This document shows positions 1 to 10,233 of a stretch of 64,000 nt of DNA, one piece after another (the first letter of the stretch is position 1; the number at the start of each line of letters is the position of its first letter). The position numbers were made by a program, and so were the translations under genes. The stretch comes from Deferribacterales bacterium (GTDB taxonomy: Bacteria > Chrysiogenota > Deferribacteres > Deferribacterales > Geovibrionaceae), in the NCBI GenBank assembly GCA_050251945.1, contig JBFWLW010000005.1:1-64000 (forward strand), read 5' to 3'. The notes under the pieces were generated by a model that saw only the letters and a list, made by a program, of their open reading frames with translations, was not told where the DNA came from and made no database searches.

Positions 1-2
1 CC

Positions 3-224
3 GTGAAGGTTCTGGAACAGTTTAAGCTTGTTCACGCCGCCCGTGATGACAAACGCGCCGAAGGGCTGTATTATCTCGGTAAATCATATCAGAAGCTCGG
101 CAAACCCGACCAGAGCAGAAACGCATATATGGAACTGATGGAGAGCGTACCAAAATCGGTCTACGCATCCGCGGCAAAATCCGAGCTGGAGGACACTAAG
201 TGGCGGAACTCCCTGAAAAACTAG
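3..224 (+). CDS. C-terminal part of a tetratricopeptide-repeat protein (5' truncated by window edge)
   Basis: TPR-like helix pair AEGLYYLGKSYQKLGKPDQSRNAY; frame is open at the window start. Confidence 0.6.
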   Translation: MKVLEQFKLVHAARDDKRAEGLYYLGKSYQKLGKPDQSRNAYMELMESVPKSVYASAAKSELEDTKWRNSLKN

Positions 225-1327
225 ACAAAACAGGCGAAATGGAGATACTTGCGCAGGCATTTGCCGCTTTCAGCGAAGCGTCGGCAAAGCTTGAGCAGAA
301 ATATTCCATCATAGAAGAGGAAGCTAAAAAACTGCGCGAAGAGGTTGAGGAAAAGAACTCTGAACTTTCAAAACTCAGCGGACTTCTCGAATCGGTTCTG
401 AATAACTCGAACAGTTGTGTTCTTGCATCGGACGATTCCGGAACGGTGCTTGTGAAAAATCCGGTGGCGGAGTGTTTCATCTCCGAACTGGGTGAAGAGG
501 CTTTCACATCCATGCTGAATCTTCACAGAGAGCCGGGTGTTTTCGACCATGAAGATGACGGGAGAACTTTCCGCATATCGGTGGGCAGGCTGGAAAATCT
601 GGAACTGAAAGGATACGTCTATATAATAGACGATGTGACCCATATAAAACAGCTTGAAGCAGAGCGCCAGAGGGACGAGAAACTTGTTCTGATGGGCGAA
701 ATGGCGGCAAACATAGCACACGAGATACGCAATCCGCTGGGCAGCATTGAGCTTTTCGCTTCGCTCCTTGAGCGTGACCTGAAAAAAGATGAGTCGGGTA
801 CGAAGCTCACACGGTCAATAGTTAAAGGGGTTCGCACAATAAATTCGATAATATCGAATATTTTGCTGTTCACCAAAGAGATAAAGCTTGAACCGCAGAA
901 CAGGTTCGTGGCTGATATTGTTGACGACGTAGTGCTGTATCTGCAGCACCTTATGAAAGAAAAGAATATCAAATTCATCAATAAGATAAATGAAGACCAT
1001 GTTGTCCGCTGCGATACGGAGCTTTGCAAGCAGATTGTGATGAACATTATCCACAACGCTATCGAGGCGGTTCCGGAGAACGGGCAGATAGTTATAGAAT
1101 CGTTCAGTGAACAGGACAGGTCGGGCTTCACCGTTACGGACAACGGCAGCGGCATAAGCGAATCCATGCGCAAAAAACTGTTCATTCCGTTCCAGACAAC
1201 AAAGGCGAAAGGAACTGGGCTTGGACTGGCAATAGTTTATAAGATTCTGAAAGCCCACAGTGGGCAGATATCCGTTGACAGCGACGGAGCGACATATACC
1301 AGATTCATTGTTGAATTTCCTGTTTAA
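200..1327 (+). CDS. Sensor histidine kinase, FlgS/FleS-like (flagellar)
   Basis: H-box AHEIRNPL, N-box NAIEA, DNGSG, PFQTTK, GTGLGL; no TM segment; directly upstream of a sigma54 activator and flgB. Confidence 0.85.
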   Translation: MAELPEKLDKTGEMEILAQAFAAFSEASAKLEQKYSIIEEEAKKLREEVEEKNSELSKLSGLLESVLNNSNSCVLASDDSGTVLVKNPVAECFISELGEEAFTSMLNLHREPGVFDHEDDGRTFRISVGRLENLELKGYVYIIDDVTHIKQLEAERQRDEKLVLMGEMAANIAHEIRNPLGSIELFASLLERDLKKDESGTKLTRSIVKGVRTINSIISNILLFTKEIKLEPQNRFVADIVDDVVLYLQHLMKEKNIKFINKINEDHVVRCDTELCKQIVMNIIHNAIEAVPENGQIVIESFSEQDRSGFTVTDNGSGISESMRKKLFIPFQTTKAKGTGLGLAIVYKILKAHSGQISVDSDGATYTRFIVEFPV

Positions 1328-1341
1328 AATAAGGGGTAGGT

Positions 1342-2766
1342 ATGGATCTTTCATCTAAGAGATTACTTATTGTCGATGATGATGATAATATGCGCGAAGC
1401 GATGGTTGAGACCGTTCGCCGCATGGGCGTTTCCGTTGACCATGCATGTGATGGGCAGGAGGGCTTTGAAAAAGCTTCCAGAATCCCGTATGATCTTGTG
1501 ATCAGCGACATGCGTATGCCTGTTGTGGACGGCATGGGGATGCTGAATCTCATGATGAGTTCCGGTGTGACCTCTCCGGTGTGTTTCGTCACAGCTTTCG
1601 GAACAGTTAACAACGCTGTGGATGCTCTGAAAATGGGCGCTTTTGACTATATCCTTAAACCATTTGCGCCTGAGGTTATCGAAGAATTGGTGCGCCGCGT
1701 ACTTGAGCTTGAGGACGTTGCTCCGGCATCAAAACGTAAAAAGAACACTGCTATTTTCCGCAGTGCTTTCATGGCTCAGCTCTTTTCACTGGCTCGCGAC
1801 GTTGCCGCCAGTGAGGCAACCGTGCTTATCACCGGTGAATCCGGTACCGGTAAAGAGGTGTTCGCCAGATATATCCACGAAAATTCAAACAGAAAGAGCG
1901 GTCCGTTCGTTGCCGTCAATTGTGCGGCACTTCCTGATAACCTTATAGAATCAGAACTTTTCGGTTACGAGAAAGGAGCTTTCACCGGAGCTGTAAACCG
2001 CAAACCGGGTAAATTCGAGCTTGCGGAGGGCGGTACTATTCTCCTTGACGAGCTTGGAGAGATACCTGTTCATTTGCAGGCGAAGCTGCTTCGTGTTTTA
2101 CAGGAAAAAGAGATTGAGAGGCTGGGCGGTACGAAACCGGTGCGCATAAATGTGCGCATACTTGCCACAACCAACCGCGACCTTAAAAAAGAGGTTGAGT
2201 CTGCTAATTTCCGCGAGGATCTGTTTTATCGTCTGAATGTAATTTCCATAGAACTTCCGCCTCTGCGCGACAGAAAGGACGATATTTTTGAACTGGTTTC
2301 TTTCTTTATTGAAAAGTATTGTCAGATAAATGGAAAAAATCTCTGCAAATTGGGCGAGGATGCACGGAACGCTCTTATGAACTACGACTGGCCGGGTAAC
2401 GTCCGCGAACTGGAACACACCATAGAACGTGCTGTTGTTCTCTGCCGCGACGATATGATAAACGAGAAGAATCTTTTCCTGCACGGAATAACAATAAATC
2501 AGTTTCTGCTTGATAAACAGGAAATTTCTGCCGCATCAGGGGACTGCTCCGCAACGGAACCAGCTCCTGCTGTACATGAAAAATCCGCCTCTATCCCATT
2601 CGGCGGCACCATAGCAGACATGGAGAGGGAGCTTATACTTAATACCCTGAAACAGACCGACGGTAACAGAACGCGTGCCGCCGAGATGCTGGGTATAACC
2701 GTGCGCACACTGCGCAATAAGCTCAACGAATACCGCGAAATGGGTATAGATGTTTCCGGTGACTGA
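1342..2766 (+). CDS. Sigma54-dependent response regulator, FlgR/FleR-like (REC-AAA+-HTH)
   Basis: REC domain, GESGTGKE Walker A, GAFTGA, WPGNVREL, C-terminal Fis HTH. Confidence 0.9.
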   Translation: MDLSSKRLLIVDDDDNMREAMVETVRRMGVSVDHACDGQEGFEKASRIPYDLVISDMRMPVVDGMGMLNLMMSSGVTSPVCFVTAFGTVNNAVDALKMGAFDYILKPFAPEVIEELVRRVLELEDVAPASKRKKNTAIFRSAFMAQLFSLARDVAASEATVLITGESGTGKEVFARYIHENSNRKSGPFVAVNCAALPDNLIESELFGYEKGAFTGAVNRKPGKFELAEGGTILLDELGEIPVHLQAKLLRVLQEKEIERLGGTKPVRINVRILATTNRDLKKEVESANFREDLFYRLNVISIELPPLRDRKDDIFELVSFFIEKYCQINGKNLCKLGEDARNALMNYDWPGNVRELEHTIERAVVLCRDDMINEKNLFLHGITINQFLLDKQEISAASGDCSATEPAPAVHEKSASIPFGGTIADMERELILNTLKQTDGNRTRAAEMLGITVRTLRNKLNEYREMGIDVSGD

Positions 2767-2885
2767 CAATAAATGGTTTGTGATATATACGAAAAATGTT
2801 TTGTTGCGGCTTTCGCCGGAACCCTATCGTCATAATTCATAAAATCTTTAATAAAAATCCATAATTTCTGCATTTTTCTATAATT

Positions 2886-2902
2886 TAGGCACGGATATTG
2901 CT
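2886..2902 (+). promoter_or_regulatory. Sigma54 -24/-12 promoter of flgB
   Basis: taGGCACggataTTGCt: GG at 2888-2889, GC at 2900-2901, exactly 10 nt apart; GGAGG RBS at 2916-2920. Confidence 0.85.
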
Positions 2903-2925
2903 TCTTTTTGCGTACGGAGGAAAAA

Positions 2926-3333
2926 ATGGACGGTTTATTCAGCAAAATGGGAGTCGACAAACTGGGATACGCGCTGACAACATCTTCTGTCAGAAACGAT
3001 GTTATCTCGCAAAACATTGCTAACGTTGATACTCCCGGATACAAAGCAAAAGACCTGAAATTTTTCGATGTTATGAATGAATACCTTGGTGACGGGAAAA
3101 AATTACCCCTTACAAGGACGAACGAGAAGCATCTTCCTCCAGCAGATATGGTTATGGATCCTTCTTCTTTCGTTTATGACCAGAACAACCCCTCCGTACG
3201 CAACGACGGAAACGATGTCAACGAAGATTACGAAATGAGCCAGTTGGCAGAAAACAGCGTGCGTTATCAGATGCTTTCGCAGATGACAGCGGGTAAGTTC
3301 ACCAAACTGAAAGAGATAATTCAGAGCAGATAG
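2926..3333 (+). CDS. flgB: Flagellar basal-body rod protein FlgB
   Basis: NIANVDTPGYKAKD and RNDGNDV motifs; ATG at 2926 after GGAGG. Confidence 0.93.
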   Translation: MDGLFSKMGVDKLGYALTTSSVRNDVISQNIANVDTPGYKAKDLKFFDVMNEYLGDGKKLPLTRTNEKHLPPADMVMDPSSFVYDQNNPSVRNDGNDVNEDYEMSQLAENSVRYQMLSQMTAGKFTKLKEIIQSR

Positions 3334-3347
3334 GGTAAGAGGCAGAC

Positions 3348-3752
3348 ATGAGCTATTTTGACATAATGGGCGTAGCCGCCACAGGAATGAGCGCACAGCG
3401 GATAAGAATTTCCGCTATTTCGTCAAACCTCGCAAACGCGCAGACCACAAAAACTGCCGAAGGCGGACCTTATAAACGCAAGGATGTCATTTTTCAGACG
3501 ATAATGGAAGGAGAGAACAGCGGCGGAGTTAAGGTTGACAAAGTGGTCGCCGATGAAAAACCGCCCCTTCTTAAATACGAGCCTCAGCATCCTGATGCGA
3601 ACGAAGAGGGATATGTGGCATATCCCAACATAAACCCCATCGAAGAGATGGTGAATATGCTGGAAGCCTCCAGAAGCTATGAAGCGAACACAACTATGCT
3701 CAACACGGCGAAACAGCTTGCCATGAGAGCGCTTGAGATAGGCAAAGCGTAA
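3348..3752 (+). CDS. flgC: Flagellar basal-body rod protein FlgC
   Basis: SNLANAQTT, GGPYKRKDV, YEPQHPDA, ASRSYEAN. Confidence 0.95.
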   Translation: MSYFDIMGVAATGMSAQRIRISAISSNLANAQTTKTAEGGPYKRKDVIFQTIMEGENSGGVKVDKVVADEKPPLLKYEPQHPDANEEGYVAYPNINPIEEMVNMLEASRSYEANTTMLNTAKQLAMRALEIGKA

Positions 3753-3848
3753 CATACGCGTGAAATGTCAGGAAGTTATTTCCTGATCAGATAAAAAGGT
3801 TGTAAAACAAGGGTCGAGTATATTATATTATAGGAGCAGGGGTCAGGT

Positions 3849-4154
3849 ATGTCCGAAATAAATAAGTTGAATTTTTTACTGCCCAACAAGCTGGATACAA
3901 ACACTCCTTCTCAGGCTGCAAAATCTGAGAACACAGTGGATTTTTCCGCTCTGCTCAAAGACGCCCTTAAAGACGTTAACGATGCGCAGCTTACTGCTGA
4001 TGATGCTGTGCAGAAAGTCCTCAGCGGAGAGAACAAAGACATACATTCAACTATGATCGCCCTGCAAAAGGCCGACGTGTCTCTTAAAATGATGCTTGAA
4101 GTGCGTAACAAAATAATGGACGCATATCAGGAAATACTGAGAACACAGGTCTAG
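3849..4154 (+). CDS. fliE: Flagellar hook-basal body protein FliE
   Basis: C-terminal EVRNKIMDAYQEILRTQV. Confidence 0.93.
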   Translation: MSEINKLNFLLPNKLDTNTPSQAAKSENTVDFSALLKDALKDVNDAQLTADDAVQKVLSGENKDIHSTMIALQKADVSLKMMLEVRNKIMDAYQEILRTQV

Positions 4155-4188
4155 TTTTTTCTAAGGCACAGCCTCTGTGTGAGGTGAT

Positions 4189-4480
4189 GCCATTTTAAAG
4201 AAAGCCTTAGGTGCAGGAAGCGCCTCACGGAGCATAAATTTTTGTTGTTCAGGACAAAAATTATGTGTAGTGTGAGCGCAGCACAGGTTCACCCTGTGCG
4301 AAGCGTTACTTTAAAATGGCAGGACGCCGTTTTAAAGAAAGCCTTAGGTGCAGGAAGCGCCTCACGGATCATAAATTTTTGTTGTTTACGGCAAAATTTA
4401 TGTGTAGTGTGAGCGCAGCACAGGTTACCCTGTGCGTAGCGTTACTTTAAAATGGCAGGACGCCATTTTAAAGAAAGCCT
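4189..4480. repeat. Tandem duplication of a 136-137 bp multi-hairpin unit (2 copies plus 19 bp) between fliE and fliF
   Basis: Units start at 4189, 4326 and 4462 (gcc(a/g)ttttaaagaaagcct); each contains several stem-loops. Confidence 0.9.
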
Positions 4481-4495
4481 AATTTGTGAGGGTGT

Positions 4496-6163
4496 ATGGC
4501 TCTTGGGGACATAGTTTCCCAGTTTCAGGAAACTTTTAAAAAACTTACTCTTCTACAGAAAGCCTCTGTTGTCGCTGCCGTTGCGGCCGTTGTCATTTCT
4601 GTTGTCGTCATTGTCTACTGGGCAAACCGCCCCGTCTATAAGATGCTTTTCGCAGGTCTCACACAGGAAGATGCAGCATCGGTTATTGAAAAACTGAAAG
4701 CGGAGAAAGTTCCGTATAAGCTTGAAGATAACGGCGGCAAGATCAACGTTCCCGAACAATATGTCTATGAAACAAGGCTGAGCCTCGCAAAAGAGGGTAT
4801 CCCCACAGGCGGCGGAGCCGGTCTTGAACTTTTCGATAAATCATCATTCGGTATGACCGAATTCATGCAGAACATAAACTATCAGCGCGCTCTTCAGGGT
4901 GAACTTGCCCGCACCATTTCCTCTATCAAAGAGGTGGCGGAGGCTAGGGTACACCTTACCCTTCCCAAGGACAGACTGTTTATTTCAGACGAAGAGGAGG
5001 CAAAGGCCTCCGTTGTTTTGCGTCTGAAAAACGGCGATGACTTAGGTCGTGAAGAGGTTAAGGCGATAGCGGCACTGGTTTCCGGCGCAGTTAAAGGGCT
5101 TAAAAAAGAGAACGTTCAGATAGTCGATACTTCCGGAAGACTTTTAAGCGAGTTCCTGACTGACGATGCGGAACCCCTTATGCTGACCCAGACCCAGCTT
5201 GAATACCAGCGCAAGGTTGAAAAAGACCTTGAGAACAAGGTCAATGAAATACTCGGAAGAACCCTCGGTCAGGGAAGCGCAGTTGCCAAGGTCACGGCTG
5301 ACATTGACTTTGCCAAGCGCGACATTACGAAAGAGGAATATGATCCCAACCCCGTGCTGCGTTCGCAGCAGTCCCTTGAAATAAACAGTACGAACAGCCC
5401 CCAGACGCCGGAAGGCGTTCCCGGGGTACAAAGCAACCTCGCCGAACCTGATATAACCCCCACGGGACAGAATCAGGAGTATAATAAGAGTGAGGAGACA
5501 CAGAACTTTGAGGTTGGCAAGACCGTAACGGTTGAGCAGAAGCCTTACGGAACCATAAAACGCATCACTGTTGCCGTCGTTGTTGACGACAAGAAAGATC
5601 CCGGCAAAGACGACAAGGGTAACGACATACTCGTTGGCAAACCCAGAACACAGGCGGAGATACAGTCTATAAAAAACCTTGTGTCCATGGCTGTGGGCTT
5701 TAACGCCGACCGCAAAGATCAGGTTGAGGTGACGAATATCTCGTTTGACACAACGGCGAAAGATCAGGAGAACACCGAGCTTAAACGGGAGAAGACAATG
5801 GAACTTGTTACCATGCTGTCCAAATATGCTCTTGCAGTGGTCATTGTGCTTCTTTTCTATTTCCTCGTCATCCGCAGGATACTCAAAAAGATGGACAAAC
5901 CCGTCACTGTTCACGAAGACGGCTCCATCACATACGGCGAGCTTGGTCGTGATGACGTCGGACTTGATCTTAACATGAACGAGAGATACCCCAAATCCCT
6001 TGAAGAACTTGAAAAAGAAATTGAAAACGAGCTTAACGAAGGCGCGCCGCTTGATGTGGAGACAGTGAAGTCAAAAGTTATGCTCAAGAAAATAGAAGAA
6101 TTCGCTGCGGAAGATCCCGAGGCAATGGCAAACCTTGTCAAAAGCCTTCTGAAAGGAGATTAA
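4496..6163 (+). CDS. fliF: Flagellar MS-ring protein FliF
   Basis: Two TM segments, YQRALQGELARTI, ARVHL, GVPGVQSN. Confidence 0.95.
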   Translation: MALGDIVSQFQETFKKLTLLQKASVVAAVAAVVISVVVIVYWANRPVYKMLFAGLTQEDAASVIEKLKAEKVPYKLEDNGGKINVPEQYVYETRLSLAKEGIPTGGGAGLELFDKSSFGMTEFMQNINYQRALQGELARTISSIKEVAEARVHLTLPKDRLFISDEEEAKASVVLRLKNGDDLGREEVKAIAALVSGAVKGLKKENVQIVDTSGRLLSEFLTDDAEPLMLTQTQLEYQRKVEKDLENKVNEILGRTLGQGSAVAKVTADIDFAKRDITKEEYDPNPVLRSQQSLEINSTNSPQTPEGVPGVQSNLAEPDITPTGQNQEYNKSEETQNFEVGKTVTVEQKPYGTIKRITVAVVVDDKKDPGKDDKGNDILVGKPRTQAEIQSIKNLVSMAVGFNADRKDQVEVTNISFDTTAKDQENTELKREKTMELVTMLSKYALAVVIVLLFYFLVIRRILKKMDKPVTVHEDGSITYGELGRDDVGLDLNMNERYPKSLEELEKEIENELNEGAPLDVETVKSKVMLKKIEEFAAEDPEAMANLVKSLLKGD

Positions 6164-6169
6164 CGGTTT

Positions 6170-7168
6170 ATGCTGTCTGAAGACGGACTTAAGCGGGCGG
6201 CCGCTATAATGATAGCATTGGGCGAGGAAGTAATTGCGCCCGTGATGGCTCATCTGGACGAGGATGAGGTTGCTGAACTTTCAAAAGAGATTGCAACCAC
6301 AAGAATCGTTGCTCCTGAAAAGATGGACGAGTACATTGAAGATTTCTACAATATGATGCTCGCCAAAAAATTCATCGCTAAAGGCGGTCTTGAGTACGCG
6401 AAAAGCGTTCTTGTGAAATCACTGGGACCGGAACGCGCAAGAAAGATCATCGACAGACTTACGAAAATGCTGGAGCAGTCTTCGGGCTTTGACTTCCTTG
6501 CGAAGATAGACCCGAAACAGCTTGCGAAATTCATACAGACCGAACACCCGCAGACGATAGCGCTTATCCTTGCGCACCTTGACCCTTCGCAGGCGGCTGA
6601 GTCTCTGGCACAGCTTCCCGAAGACATGAAGGCGGACATAACCCTTCGTATCTCGAACCTGCAGGACATTTCGCCGTCGGTTGTAAAAACCCTTGCAAGG
6701 GTTCTTGAGGAGAGGTTCGAGTCGCTGTCTTCCTACAATGTTGAGGTGGGCGGTGTTAAATCCGTTGCGGAGATATTCAACCGTATGGACAGAACCACCA
6801 GCAAGAATACTCTGGAGAAACTTGAAAAAGAAAGTCCGGAGCTTGTTGCGGCAATCAGGGACATGATGTTCGTTTTCGAGGATATCAAGGCTCTCAACGA
6901 TGTTGCTCTTCAGGAGATACTGAAAAAAGCGGACAAAAAGGCTCTTACCATGGCGCTCAAAGGCACCGACGAAGAGATGCAGGAGCGTTTCTTCCGCAAT
7001 ATGTCCAAACGTGCTGTTGAGACCATGAAGGAAGAGATGGAATACATGGGGCCTGTCAAGCTGAAAGAGGTGGAAAAAGCTCAGCACGAGATCGTTTCCA
7101 TAGTACGTGAGCTTGAGGAAGAGGGAATCGTCAGCATCGGCGGAGGCGACGAAGAGCAGTACGTTTAA
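6170..7168 (+). CDS. fliG: Flagellar motor switch protein FliG
   Basis: EHPQTIALILAHL, GGVKSVAEI, MFVFED, NMSKRA. Confidence 0.96.
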   Translation: MLSEDGLKRAAAIMIALGEEVIAPVMAHLDEDEVAELSKEIATTRIVAPEKMDEYIEDFYNMMLAKKFIAKGGLEYAKSVLVKSLGPERARKIIDRLTKMLEQSSGFDFLAKIDPKQLAKFIQTEHPQTIALILAHLDPSQAAESLAQLPEDMKADITLRISNLQDISPSVVKTLARVLEERFESLSSYNVEVGGVKSVAEIFNRMDRTTSKNTLEKLEKESPELVAAIRDMMFVFEDIKALNDVALQEILKKADKKALTMALKGTDEEMQERFFRNMSKRAVETMKEEMEYMGPVKLKEVEKAQHEIVSIVRELEEEGIVSIGGGDEEQYV

Positions 7169-7187
7169 CAGCGGGTGGAGGTAGTAT

Positions 7188-8051
7188 ATGTCTAAAATAA
7201 TCAAAGACCAGAACCTGAACCCGAAAAAGCTGCGCAGTTTCGACTTCATTGTGTATGAAGACGTGGAGCGCGGACAGAAGGATTACGAGTTCGCAAAAGT
7301 GGGCGAAATGGAATATACCCCCGGCGAAGTTGCTCTTCATGTCAGCAGTTTCGACGAGGAAGTGGAACTGCACAGAGCCATCGTTGTTCAGGATGCTGTG
7401 GTCCGTTCAAAAAAATTCGTGCCGGAATCATTCGATAATCATCCAAAAGAACTGGTAGTCCAGAAAGAACCTGAAGAGACCGTTGCGGAACCCGAGCCTG
7501 AAAAACCTTTCATAACAGAAGAAGAGCTTGAAGAGATACGCCGTGAAGCATACCAGAAAGGTATGGCGGACGGGCTTGTCCGTGGACAGGCGGACGGCGA
7601 ACAGAAAGCGAGAAAAGCTTATGAAGCGGAACAGGCGGACTATCTGGCGAAGCTTCAGGCGACGTATAACGAGGTTATCAAAGAAGCGGGTGTTTTTAAA
7701 GATGCCGTCGGACAGCTCGATGCTCAGCTTCCGGATATAGTTTCCTCCATAGTGACTGACATAGTCGGTACAGAAAGGAAGATAAACAATCAGCTTGTTG
7801 TCTCCATAGCGAAAAAGAGCATGGAAGCGCTGAAAGATATGGAGAAGATAGTTTTTCTGGTGAACCCCGACGACGTGGGTGTGATGAGTACCGTTTTTCC
7901 TGATTATGAAACACTGCCAGACAGAAACGTCGTCAAGGGCAGTCTCAAAGTTCAAACCAACGTAGGTGAGCTGGATTTCGTTATTGAACGGATGCTTGCC
8001 GAATTCGTGGACAAAATACATGAAGAATTTAGCACGCCTGAAGGCAGTTGA
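7188..8051 (+). CDS. fliH: Flagellar assembly protein FliH
   Basis: AxxxGxxxGxxxG repeat; lies between fliG and fliI. Confidence 0.8.
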   Translation: MSKIIKDQNLNPKKLRSFDFIVYEDVERGQKDYEFAKVGEMEYTPGEVALHVSSFDEEVELHRAIVVQDAVVRSKKFVPESFDNHPKELVVQKEPEETVAEPEPEKPFITEEELEEIRREAYQKGMADGLVRGQADGEQKARKAYEAEQADYLAKLQATYNEVIKEAGVFKDAVGQLDAQLPDIVSSIVTDIVGTERKINNQLVVSIAKKSMEALKDMEKIVFLVNPDDVGVMSTVFPDYETLPDRNVVKGSLKVQTNVGELDFVIERMLAEFVDKIHEEFSTPEGS

Positions 8052-9330
8052 TCATAAACCCACTGTACAGATAAAGGGCAAGGTGACAAAGATTGTCGGT
8101 CTCACAATCGAGGCGGACGGTCCTCTGCTCGGCATAGGTACCAGATGCCGCATTGAAGGTTACGGCGGCAGTGAGATACTCGCCGAAATAGTGGGTTTCA
8201 AAGACGACAGGATAGTTCTGATGCCATACGGAGAGAGCGAGGGGATAGCCCCCGGCGCGCCCGTCACAAACGAATCCTACGGCAACACGGTGAAGGTCAG
8301 CGACAATCTGCTCGGCAGAGTTCTGGACGGACTGGGAAATCCCATGGACAGCAAAGGACCCATTCGCGATTTTGAGCTGGTCAACGTTTACAACAGCCCG
8401 CCGCAGGCGCTTGACAGAGAGATAATCAAAGACCCCATAGCAACGGGGATAAAAACCATAGACAACCTGATAACCGTCGGCAGAGGACAGAGGGTCGGCA
8501 TTTTCGCCGGTTCGGGCGTCGGTAAATCCGTGACTCTTGGTATGATAGCGAGAAACACCAGCGCAGACGTTAACGTGATCGCTCTTATAGGCGAGCGCGG
8601 ACGTGAAGTGCGTGAATTCATAGAGAGAGATCTGGGCGAAGAGGGCTTGAAAAGGAGCGTTGTTGTCGTGGCAACGTCTGATCAGTCGGCTCTTATACGA
8701 AAGCTCGGCGCGTTCGTGGGAACCGCCATCGCAGAGTATTTCAGAAGCAAAGGGTTGAACGTTATGCTTATGATGGACTCCGTTACCCGTTTCGCTATGG
8801 CGCAGCGGGAAATAGGACTTACAGTGGGCGAACCGCCGACAACAAAAGGTTACACCCCTTCGGTATTCGGTCTGCTTCCGAAGCTTCTTGAGCGTGCAGG
8901 CACGAAGAAAGGAAAGGGAACGATAACCGGTCTTTACACCGTGCTGGTTGAGGCTGACGACATGAACGACCCGATAGGTGATACCGTACGTTCCATCATA
9001 GACGGTCACATTGTGCTTTCAAGGGCATTGGCAGGGAAGAACCATTATCCTGCCATAGATGTTCTGAACAGCGCAAGCAGGCTTATGAAAGAGATAGTCA
9101 CGGAGAGGCAGTACGACAACGCCGGACGCTTCCGCGACCTTCTGGCGACGTACAACGAGGCGGAAGACCTTGTAAACATCGGTGCATATGTCAGGGGCAG
9201 CAACCCGAAGATCGACGAATCTATGGCGAAGATAAACGACATGAACGGCTTTCTGAAACAGAAGATAGACGAGTCGTTCAGTCTTGATGACAGCGCCGTC
9301 ATGATAGATAAAATAGTCGGCACGGCATGA
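8020..9330 (+). CDS. fliI: Flagellar export ATPase FliI
   Basis: GIFAGSGVGKS, IGERGREV, DSVTRFAMA, GEPPTTKGY; likely start ATG 8020. Confidence 0.95.
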   Translation: MKNLARLKAVDHKPTVQIKGKVTKIVGLTIEADGPLLGIGTRCRIEGYGGSEILAEIVGFKDDRIVLMPYGESEGIAPGAPVTNESYGNTVKVSDNLLGRVLDGLGNPMDSKGPIRDFELVNVYNSPPQALDREIIKDPIATGIKTIDNLITVGRGQRVGIFAGSGVGKSVTLGMIARNTSADVNVIALIGERGREVREFIERDLGEEGLKRSVVVVATSDQSALIRKLGAFVGTAIAEYFRSKGLNVMLMMDSVTRFAMAQREIGLTVGEPPTTKGYTPSVFGLLPKLLERAGTKKGKGTITGLYTVLVEADDMNDPIGDTVRSIIDGHIVLSRALAGKNHYPAIDVLNSASRLMKEIVTERQYDNAGRFRDLLATYNEAEDLVNIGAYVRGSNPKIDESMAKINDMNGFLKQKIDESFSLDDSAVMIDKIVGTA

Positions 9331-9755
9331 AAAAACAGTTCAGATTGCAGAAGGTGCTTGAATACAGAGAGCGAATTGTCGATGTTGAAAAGGGCAAGCT
9401 TTCCGTGCTTAATACCAGACTGCTGGAGAACCGCAACGCCATAATGGCGACCCAGAAAGAGATAGACCTGAAGATTGAGGAGAGCGACACGGCACCCGCC
9501 GCAATGATGCTTCTTTTCGACAAGTACATAAAAAAACTGAACGATCAGAAAGCTCAGCTTATCAAAACAAGAAAGCAGCTCGAAACCGCAGTGGAGATAC
9601 AGAAAAAGAAAGTCATGGAATCCATTGAGCGGCACAAAATCATGGAAAAACTGAAAGAAAAGCATATAGAAGATTTTAAGGCGTACCTTAACAAAGAGGA
9701 GATGAAGCTCATCGACGAGCTTGCCGTCTCGAGGAGCGGAAGAGGAAATGACTAA
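9327..9755 (+). CDS. fliJ: Flagellar export chaperone FliJ
   Basis: FRLQKVLEYRE N-terminus, coiled coil, EEMKLIDE; overlaps fliI stop. Confidence 0.85.
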   Translation: MKKQFRLQKVLEYRERIVDVEKGKLSVLNTRLLENRNAIMATQKEIDLKIEESDTAPAAMMLLFDKYIKKLNDQKAQLIKTRKQLETAVEIQKKKVMESIERHKIMEKLKEKHIEDFKAYLNKEEMKLIDELAVSRSGRGND

Positions 9756-10233
9756 GATATTGACGGCGGTGCTTTTTACAGCGCTGGCATTCACATCCGT
9801 ACATGCGGACAATCTGGCTGATCTTCAGGCGATATCGAAACAGCTTGATGTCAGAAAAAAGGATCTGGACAACCGTGAAAAGAACATCAAAACCAGAGAG
9901 GAAAGGGTTAAAGCTCTTGAGGACAACCTTATCCAGAAAGAGATAGAGATACGCAAGATGCAGGGCGCAGTTACTGCGCGCCTGAAAGAGATAAAGGTGC
10001 TGGAGGATAAGAACCTCGATAAGCTGGCGAAGGATTACAGCTCCGCAAAGGCAAAGAACGCGGCGCAGATCATCGTTAAGATGGATATGGACAAAGCGGT
10101 ACAGCTTTTTCAGCGTCTTCCCTCCATGACCGCGGGTAAAATAATCTCCGCAATGGGTACCATCGACGCGGCGTACGCGGCGAAGATATCCGAAAGGCTC
10201 ACACCGGACAAGATTCAGGGCGTTCAGCAGTAA
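9748..10233 (+). CDS. MotE/FlbB-like periplasmic flagellar protein (MgtE N-terminal-like)
   Basis: Signal peptide, coiled coil, AKNAAQII...AGKIISAM; typical position after fliJ. Confidence 0.65.
   Translation: MTKILTAVLFTALAFTSVHADNLADLQAISKQLDVRKKDLDNREKNIKTREERVKALEDNLIQKEIEIRKMQGAVTARLKEIKVLEDKNLDKLAKDYSSAKAKNAAQIIVKMDMDKAVQLFQRLPSMTAGKIISAMGTIDAAYAAKISERLTPDKIQGVQQ

Noticed and set aside
4163..4179. Possible sigma54 promoter aaGGCACagcctctGT upstream of fliF
   Set aside because: The -24 element fits but the -12 position has GT instead of the conserved GC
8029..9009. 326-aa minus-strand ORF and similar long antisense ORFs over fliF, fliG, clpC and the HD-GYP gene
   Set aside because: Shadow frames of well-supported genes, expected from codon bias
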